Shown here: positions 25,208-32,800 of the stretch, piece after piece
Layout: the number at the start of each line of letters is the position of its first letter
How positions within the stretch are numbered: the stretch's first letter is position 1
Source: an uncultured Gammaproteobacteria bacterium
GTDB taxonomy: Bacteria; Patescibacteriota; Microgenomatia; CAYQLK01
Assembly: GCA_964404855.1 (NCBI GenBank)
Contig: CAYOLO010000003.1
Coordinates: 1-62,153 of the forward strand
Direction: 5' to 3'
Length of the DNA stretch: 62,153 nucleotides
Notes under the pieces: model-generated
Databases searched by the model: none
The model's input: the letters and a program-made list of their open reading frames with translations, nothing else
What the model was told of the DNA's origin: nothing
Made by a program: the position numbers and the translations under genes

Positions 25208-26953
25208 CTATTCAAAATTTTTGAGAAACTTCATTAGTTTATCTTGTGGCCAAGTATTAATGATGTCTTTTGGTTCCAAGCCTCCCCGACGCGCAACGTC
25301 AACTCCATAATGCAGTAATTCTAGACTCGCAATGTCGTGAGTATCGGTATTAATCATAAAAATACAACCTTTTGATTTAGCGACTCTAACTAGGGCTTCT
25401 GTTAAGTCGAGTCTGTCTACCGAGGCGTTAATTTCTAATACTTTTTGGTTTGAACTACAAAAATCAAATATTTGGTCCCAATCAGCATCATAACCTTCTC
25501 TTTTATCAATAAGTCTGCCTGTCGGATGTGACATTCCAAAGACTTTTGGGTTTGAAAGCCCTTTAATAATCCTTTGAGTCATCTGTTCTTTGGGCTGTGA
25601 AAAGACGGAGTGAACGCCGGCAATAAAAGCGTCGTAATATTTGTAATACTCTAATGGAAATTTAATATCCCCACTGCTTGAAATATCAACTTCGAGTAAA
25701 TTAATTACTCTTGGATATTTTTTGTGTTCATTTATATTATTTATTATTGTTCTGTGAGCTTTTATTTCTTTAATTGTTTGTATATTAGTCCAGCTTTTCT
25801 CTGCTGGAGGATGGTCAGAGATGCCAAAATACTCGTACTTTTTGGCTTTTGCAGCTTCAACTAGCTCAATAATTGAAGATGAGCCAAAGTCGTGCATAGA
25901 AGTCGTGAAAAAATTCGAGTGGATGTGAAAATCGCCTTTTATATCCGAAAGTGTCACTAGTTTGGGAAGTTTGTTATTTTTGGCAAGCTCTATCTCTCCC
26001 GTATCCTCGCGTAGCTCAGGTGGAACAAAACTTAGACCTAAATATTTATAAAACTCCTCTTCAGAAGCGAATTTCTTAAGTTTGCCATTTTTAAGCTTAA
26101 TTCCTTTTTCTGATAACGATAATCCTTTTTTGACAGCAAGCGTTCGCAAAGCAATATTGTGCTCGCGTGAGCCTGTGAAATGTTGTAGCAAGCTACCGTA
26201 ACTATCTGGTTCAGCTACAAGTAGATCCAATTGAAGACCAGTGCCTTTTAGAGTAATTGTTGCAGAAGCTGGCCCTTTTTCGACGATATTTTCGATTAAT
26301 GGATAGGACAAGAACCTATCGACTGCTGCCTGAGTATCTTTACTTGTTGCGGCAAAATCTAAGTCTCCAACGCTATTGAGTCTTCTGCGAAAGCTACCGA
26401 GAGCTTCGAATTTGGTAATTTTGGGGTCATCTAGCATCCATTTGGTTACTTCGCGCACAACAGGATCGACAACCCAAATAGGAGTTCGGTGTGATTTGGC
26501 TACAACTCGGTTGAGGTTGTTGGCTATTTGCTCCTGACTCTTCTGTCCAAATCTCGGAAGTGTTGCTACAAGATTATTGTTAATGGCTTTTTTGAGATCC
26601 TCAATTGAATGAATATTTAGCTTAGTTGCTAATTCAAAGGCTTTTTTGGGTCCGATACTGGGTACTGTCAGTAACTCAAAAAACCCTTCTGGAGCGACTT
26701 TATACATATTTTCGAAGTGCTGGACTTTGCCTGTTTCGAAATATTCAGTCATATAACCCAAAAGTGCTCTCCCAAGGCCTGGAACAGTATCTAGTGAGCC
26801 GTTTTTCCATAATTGCCTAAGATCAGAAGTTGATTGCTCGACCGAGTCTGCGGCACGCTTGTAGGCGGCTATTTCAAAAAAACTCTTACCCATTATTTCG
26901 TAGACGGCTGCAATATTGCGTAGGATTTGGGCTAACTGCCTGTTTTCGTTCAT
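25208..26953 (-). CDS. polX: DNA polymerase X / PHP exonuclease
   Basis: AYKRAA, HhH repeats, GSFRR..GDLD, HFTGS..HN, HIHS, SDH, HPTGR, NTDTH. Confidence 0.95.
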   Translation of the reverse strand: MNENRQLAQILRNIAAVYEIMGKSFFEIAAYKRAADSVEQSTSDLRQLWKNGSLDTVPGLGRALLGYMTEYFETGKVQHFENMYKVAPEGFFELLTVPSIGPKKAFELATKLNIHSIEDLKKAINNNLVATLPRFGQKSQEQIANNLNRVVAKSHRTPIWVVDPVVREVTKWMLDDPKITKFEALGSFRRRLNSVGDLDFAATSKDTQAAVDRFLSYPLIENIVEKGPASATITLKGTGLQLDLLVAEPDSYGSLLQHFTGSREHNIALRTLAVKKGLSLSEKGIKLKNGKLKKFASEEEFYKYLGLSFVPPELREDTGEIELAKNNKLPKLVTLSDIKGDFHIHSNFFTTSMHDFGSSSIIELVEAAKAKKYEYFGISDHPPAEKSWTNIQTIKEIKAHRTIINNINEHKKYPRVINLLEVDISSSGDIKFPLEYYKYYDAFIAGVHSVFSQPKEQMTQRIIKGLSNPKVFGMSHPTGRLIDKREGYDADWDQIFDFCSSNQKVLEINASVDRLDLTEALVRVAKSKGCIFMINTDTHDIASLELLHYGVDVARRGGLEPKDIINTWPQDKLMKFLKNFE

Positions 26954-26984
26954 TAGTTTATTTTACAAGAAATCTGATATCAAG

Positions 26985-27018
26985 AAAAAAGCCCAGACCT
27001 TGTAAGTGGTCTGGGCTT
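26985..27018 (-). terminator. Rho-independent terminator
   Basis: AAGCCCAGACC/GGTCTGGGCTT stem with A-run. Confidence 0.8.
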
Positions 27019-27045
27019 GAAGTGAGAATCAGCTCAAATTGAGCT

Positions 27046-27606
27046 TTAGGTTGTCGCCGCCTCGAGAAGATGACGACCAAAGGTCATGTCGCACCGAGCA
27101 CAAGTCAGCGCTTCCCCGTCGTCGTAGAGGTAGGCGGGGTCGTTTTGCGACTGAGGACAGTGTGGGCAACGCCGATCGGTGGTGAAGCACGGATCGAGCG
27201 TGAACATGGCGATATTGATGAGCTGAACTGTCTGAAGAACCTTTTCGGGATCGTGGGCCAGTCCGAAGCTGAATCCTTTGAGGTCGTCACTGTGCCGTCT
27301 GCGTTCATCTCCGAGTCCTCGTTCAGCGATTGAGTTGCGGAGCCATGTGATAACCCGCGGCCCATTCTGGAACGGGAAATTGAGGCTGAATACTCCAATC
27401 TCATGCGGAGTGACTCCGGCTGAAACGTCGGTCTGTGTTAGGCGAACTGAAAAGGTATCTTTCCAGCCACAACTAACGTGACAGACGATATTTGGCCGAA
27501 TGACGATGCCGTAGTTTTGGTGGAGCACATCGGCGAACATCATAGCCAACTTGACCGATTCTGCCTCCCTTCTTTGCTTGAATTCGCCAGTTGTAATTGC
27601 GAGCAT
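27046..27606 (-). CDS. Orphan protein with C-terminal Zn-ribbon
   Basis: CPHC...CARC; AAAGGGG SD; own promoter and terminator. Confidence 0.75.
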   Translation of the reverse strand: MLAITTGEFKQRREAESVKLAMMFADVLHQNYGIVIRPNIVCHVSCGWKDTFSVRLTQTDVSAGVTPHEIGVFSLNFPFQNGPRVITWLRNSIAERGLGDERRRHSDDLKGFSFGLAHDPEKVLQTVQLINIAMFTLDPCFTTDRRCPHCPQSQNDPAYLYDDGEALTCARCDMTFGRHLLEAATT

Positions 27607-27645
27607 GTTTCTTAAATCCCCTTTGAAAAGTAAAGTGCTGGAACG

Positions 27646-27674
27646 GTTATAGCAAAAATATTATAGGATGTCGA
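27646..27674 (-). promoter_or_regulatory. Sigma70-type promoter of the Zn-ribbon orphan
   Basis: TCGACA-17-TATAAC. Confidence 0.55.
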
Positions 27675-27683
27675 TGGTTGGGA

Positions 27684-27711
27684 TTGACAATACGAAGTAA
27701 GTTGTTATACT
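27684..27711 (+). promoter_or_regulatory. Promoter of tRNA-Asp
   Basis: TTGACA-16-TATACT with extended TG. Confidence 0.7.
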
Positions 27712-27790
27712 TTTTAGGTTAATACGAGTGCTTGGATTTGAGCCTGTAAAAGGCGACCGATGCGATCTGGCAAGCGAATTGACTCCGGAA

Positions 27791-27865
27791 GGACCCGTGG
27801 TGTAGCCGGCCTAACACGCTTCCCTGTCACGGAAGAGATCGACGGTTCGAATCCGTTCGGGTCCG
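27791..27865 (+). tRNA. tRNA-Asp(GTC)
   Basis: GGACCCG/CGGGTCC, CTTCC-CTGTCAC-GGAAG, GGTTCGAATCC. Confidence 0.97.
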
Positions 27866-27958
27866 CACAAATATTTTAATAATCCCCCTGCCCAAAACTT
27901 AAAAGAATAATTTAGCTTGCAAATTATGCTGAGCTGAGAAAGGAATCAATAGGAGTTT

Positions 27959-28612
27959 ATGGCAAGGCCAAAAAAATCCAATAAATCAGTTAAAACCTCA
28001 AGCGTTAAGAATGAGGTAAAAAGTTCAAATAAAAACAGTAAGTTCGTTTGGAAAGAAAATTACGCAGGATTTATTCTTGGCGCAATTATTCTTGTCGCAA
28101 TTGGAATATTAGTTGCGAATTATTTTGTAAAAAGCACTAACACTGTTTCGGATATCAAAACCGACATCAGCAATGTTAAACAAGTAAAAACCGTAACAGT
28201 TGAAAAAGGTGAGTCTTTATCCTCAATTGCTAAAAGAGAATTAGGAGATGCAGATTTGTGGCCAAAACTTGTTGAAGAAAATAAACTTAAAAGTTCAACA
28301 GTTGAAGTAGGGCAAAAATTAATAATCCCTGTGATTGCTACGCCAAGCACTGTTACTGCTATAGATACAAAGACTAGTCCAGCTCCAGTAACAACCAAAG
28401 CTCCTGACGTCAAGATTTCAACTCCAGCTGAAAAAGTTCAGCCAAAATCAGGAGAATACCAAGTAGTCGAAGGTGATACCCTTTGGGAAATCGCACAGGC
28501 TCAATATGGTGACCCAAGTATGTGGAAAGAAATTGCCTCAATTAATGGAGTTAAGAACAACTCGCTCGGCAATCCGCTTATCTACGCAGGAACAATCATT
28601 AAGCTCCCTTAA
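27959..28612 (+). CDS. Membrane-anchored tandem LysM protein
   Basis: One TM; VEKGESLSSIA...LW and VVEGDTLWEIA..YGDPSMW LysM motifs. Confidence 0.92.
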   Translation: MARPKKSNKSVKTSSVKNEVKSSNKNSKFVWKENYAGFILGAIILVAIGILVANYFVKSTNTVSDIKTDISNVKQVKTVTVEKGESLSSIAKRELGDADLWPKLVEENKLKSSTVEVGQKLIIPVIATPSTVTAIDTKTSPAPVTTKAPDVKISTPAEKVQPKSGEYQVVEGDTLWEIAQAQYGDPSMWKEIASINGVKNNSLGNPLIYAGTIIKLP

Positions 28613-28697
28613 ATTACTAACCGCTTAAATTAAGTTTTGGTTTGATAGAATACGAAATAGCTAACTGTAAAAGGTTAGCTTTTTCGTAAGAAAAAAT

Positions 28698-28771
28698 GCG
28701 GGTATGGTACAGCGGTAGCATGCGGCCTTCCCAAGGCTGAGACAGGGGTTCGACTCCCCTTACCCGCTCCA
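28698..28771 (+). tRNA. tRNA-Gly(CCC)
   Basis: GCGGGTA/TACCCGC, CGGCC-TTCCCAA-GGCTG, T arm, encoded CCA. Confidence 0.97.
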
Positions 28772-28801
28772 CAATCGCTACGATAAAAACAACTAAAACA
28801 A

Positions 28802-29521
28802 ATGGAAAAAAGACCACTACTTTTGGGGCTAAGGTCACTTAAAATTATTCCTGTATCTCAAAATGAGTCGGTTAGTAATAGAAACCGCAACCTAATCGGC
28901 AGGAGAGCTTGTGGAATTGCCTGTATTGCGATGTTATTAAAATTTTTTGATAAATATCCCAAGGATAAAAATCTGCGCAATATTGAGTGGTTGATTTTGG
29001 AAATATCGAAATTACACAAGAATGGTGTATCCAGCCTAAAACAAAAAATAACGCTCGACAACAAATCAACTTGGATTACGGTTGATATAGCAGGTGAGAA
29101 TACCAAAGTTGCGGCAAGTCAAAAAATATTTCAACCCGACTCTACATATTTTCCGAGTTTTAGTTTAGTTCGAGGACTCGATCATAGGGCGGCAAGTGTA
29201 ATTTTTGACAAATATAATCTAAACGCTGGAATGTTTGAAAGTATCTCAATTGATGAGGTTAAACAAATGTTAATGGAGGGCAAGTTTGTTATTTTGTCAA
29301 TTAAACCTAAGCGAAAGATTGCCCAAAAAATTGCAGGCGAAGAAGCGTTTGAAGGACATCTTGTATTAATTACTGATTACGATTCTAATGGAGATAAATT
29401 TTATGTGGCTGATCCTGATTTTGACCTCAAACTAGGACTATTACCAAAATACGAAATTAGGGCGGGAGATTTGGCAAAAATTAGTAATTACAAAGGGACT
29501 TGGGTGAAAGGAGATAAATAG
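28802..29521 (+). CDS. C39-like cysteine peptidase
   Basis: SQ...ACGIACIAM, GHLVLITDYD, YVADP. Confidence 0.8.
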   Translation: MEKRPLLLGLRSLKIIPVSQNESVSNRNRNLIGRRACGIACIAMLLKFFDKYPKDKNLRNIEWLILEISKLHKNGVSSLKQKITLDNKSTWITVDIAGENTKVAASQKIFQPDSTYFPSFSLVRGLDHRAASVIFDKYNLNAGMFESISIDEVKQMLMEGKFVILSIKPKRKIAQKIAGEEAFEGHLVLITDYDSNGDKFYVADPDFDLKLGLLPKYEIRAGDLAKISNYKGTWVKGDK

Positions 29522-29534
29522 CTATAATCTTACT

Positions 29535-29735
29535 CCTGTAGCACTTGCCGAGGTGGATTGTGAGGGAAGCAAAGCATGCCTTCCTTTGAGATAATTGCGG
29601 CTGTTGTGTAAACACCAGTTTTGTCGATTCGACCTTTTTTTACCCACCTTGAAGATTAAGGGTACTCTGGTCGATCAATAGAATTGTTATTAATATTACT
29701 AGATAAACGAATTCCATCTCACCCTGAGTATTAGA
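29535..29735 (+). ncRNA. Candidate ~200-nt rod-shaped ncRNA with some 6S-like words
   Basis: TATAAT 29523-29528 upstream; five nested helices with G.U pairs favouring plus strand; no ORF. Confidence 0.45.
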
Positions 29736-29865
29736 ACTCCTTTAGTATTTTCATAGACGTTATTTTTTTCACGAAAAATTTCTTCATCAATTAGGTTCAA
29801 TTTACTTTTACGACGCTTGCGAATTGTTTCACGATTGACTATTATTTATAGTACCCGAGTTATTT

Positions 29866-32800
29866 TTGTCTGTTTTTTTAATTATGTTCCAAAGACTTTC
29901 GCCCGGCTCACCGATTAAAATTGACGAAGAGAATAAATGGTCTTCTCGCCTTCTTTTAAATCTCATTTTAATTTTTACATTATTTCTCCTAAACTCCATA
30001 GTATTAGTTACATCTGCACGAGCAGAGACTTTACTTTCTGACGACTTTACAGGCACCACGATTAACTCCTCAAATTGGACCGAAGTGGACGCTGGTGGGG
30101 TGGGTGGCACTATTGGTAATATTCAACAAAATGGATCCCTGACTGCGACAGGTTCTGGAACATGGGGAGCAAATTATGTTGTCACTGATACTACATTCGA
30201 CAGAAGTGATGGGGGCTTAGAAATGGAAGTAGATATCACTTGTGTTTCTGGATCTATTGTTGGTGTTGGATATGGTGATCCTGGAGTTTTGACTGGTGGT
30301 GGTCAGTCTTATACATTGTATTCTTTTGGTAGTGCAATTTACTTTTCACGTCAAAATGCAAATACTAACGCAGAAAATACATCTTCCGGATTCTCTTGTA
30401 CAACGGGTGTGACATTTCATGCGCGCATTACAATAGGCACTACTACTGGAGCGGCACTTTATATAAATGGTAGTGGTTCTCCTGCGGTTACTTTAACAGG
30501 TGGCACTTTTAATAACAAAGGGTTTTTTTTAACAGGGCATTCGGGTACAGCTACCACGTTAGATAATTTTGTAGTGAATGGTGCTGCTAATACAGCGCCT
30601 GATGCTCCGACAGATTTGATAGCTACCCCAACAAGCACGCAGATGGCACTTACTTGGACCGCTCCAGTAGACAACGGTGGTTCAGCTATCACTGACTATA
30701 TTGTTGAATACAAACTCTCTTCAGAGCCAACCACTTGGACAACTTTTTCTGATGGTATATCTACGAGTACTAGTGCAGTCGTGACGGGTCTTACAAATGG
30801 ATCACTTTATAATTTTAGAGTTAAAGCTGTGAATTCTGTAGGAACAGGCTCGGCTTCGAGTACTGTAAATGCAACTCCTGCCTTAAGTACCCCATCTGCT
30901 CCACAAAGTCTATCTGCCACAAATAATGAAAGTAATCAATCAACTCTAACTTGGTCTGCACCGCTTAGTGATGGCGGTACATCTATTACGGATTATGTTA
31001 TTGAATATAAATTAAATTCAGAGCCAACCACTTGGACAACTTTTTCTGATGGTATATCTACGAGTACTAGTGCAGTCGTGACGGGTCTTACAAATGGATC
31101 ACTTTATAATTTTAGAGTTAAAGCTGTGAATTCTGTAGGAACAGGCTCGGCTTCGAGTACTGTAAATGCAACTCCTGCTTTTGTGACCTTTTCTGACGAC
31201 TTTACTGGAACGACTATTGATACCGATAAATGGGACGAAGATGATGCGGATGGTTTGGGTGGAACTATCGGTAGTGTAGCTCAAGATGATACTCTTGATA
31301 TTACGCCTAACAATGGATCATGGTCTTCGCAAGATGGTGTGAGCACTGTTGATACATTTGATCGTACAGAAGGCGATGTTAGCATGACGGTATCTGTCAG
31401 TCGTAATTCCTGTGGTAGTGGAGTAGGGCCTGTTGCTTTTGGATATGGTGATATTAACTTTACCACAGCTGGGTCGTCTTCTTATATTTTACTTTCAAAT
31501 GGTGCGAGTTGGGAGATTTATTATTGGAATAATGGAGGTAATCAATCAGGTTCCCCGCAGACTATTGTTGGACTTTCTTCGTGCACTAATGGTGTACCGA
31601 TTACATTTGAATTAGTGGCATTACAGGCAGGTGGAGCAAAAGTGTATGTTAATGGTTCTGATACTGCTTCTGCAACCATTGCTGGAGGGACTTTTACCAA
31701 TAAATCTTTTTGGATCGGAGGATATCAATCTGGTGGTGTCGTAAGTTACGATGATGTTTCTATTATCGAACCAGCAACAGGCCCACTTGCTCCTACTGGG
31801 CTTTCTGGTACAGCTGGTGAAGGACAAGTATCACTTTCTTGGACATCAGGCGGAGATAATGGTGATCCTATTACTGATTATGTTGTAGAATACAAACTAA
31901 GCACTGCGGGGTCTTGGTCTACTTTTGCTGATGGGACTTCGGCTACTACCAGTGCAATTGTCACAGGACTTACAAATGGATCACTTTATAATTTTAGAGT
32001 TAAAGCTGTAAATGGCAATGGCACTAGTGACCCTTCTAGCACCGCAAATGCTACACCTGTATCTGCTACACCTGCAGCACCAACTGCGAGCTCCGTATCG
32101 ATAACTGGTTCTGCGTCTTTAGGAGAATTATTGACTGGAACTTATACTTACAATGACGCTAATGGAAATACTGAGGCAACTTCAACTTTTCGTTGGCTTC
32201 GAGCTGATAGCGCCGATGGCTCTTATTCATCTATACCGAGCGCAACAAGTATAAACTATACAGTTACATCTAATGATCTTACGAAATATTTAAAATTTGA
32301 AGTTACACCAGTTTCTAATACAAGTCCAGCGACCGGTGATCCAGCTTTGAGTTCGGCTACTTCCCAAGTTTCAGAAATTGATTATATTAATCAAATTTTA
32401 TCTACTGGCCAAAGTCTTTCTGTGGGTGTCGCCTCAACACCAGCACTAACCACAACCCAACCGTATAGTAACTTAATGCTTTCAGGTGGAGTTGGCGGGC
32501 TTGGTACAGGTACGAGTTTTACTCCACTACTAGAAAGTTCAGTTGAAACGATCAGCAGTGCGATGGCAAATACTATTACAGCAAACGATATAGGAAATGA
32601 TTTCGATGTTGCTGTAGGGCTACATGGGGTAAGTGGTTATACATATTCTCAGCTAAAAAAAGGTACAGGACCTTACTCAAATGGTATGACGCAGGTCACT
32701 AACACAAAGAATGCTGCAAACGCTCTAGGAAGAACATCACGCGTTATCGGCGTGACAACCATACATGGCGAGACGGACAATTTAAACGGTGTAACCGGAC

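Noticed and set aside
27780-27800. TCCGGAAGGA as SRP RNA helix 8 (also TCAGGTCCG near 22371)
   Set aside because: Overlaps the tRNA-Asp 5' end and lacks the AGCAG asymmetric loop.
29535-29735. tmRNA or RNase P RNA
   Set aside because: No tRNA-like ends or tag ORF; no GAGGAAAGUCC motif.
29826-29841. parS site (TGTTTCACGATTGACT)
   Set aside because: Only a half match to TGTTTCACGTGAAACA.
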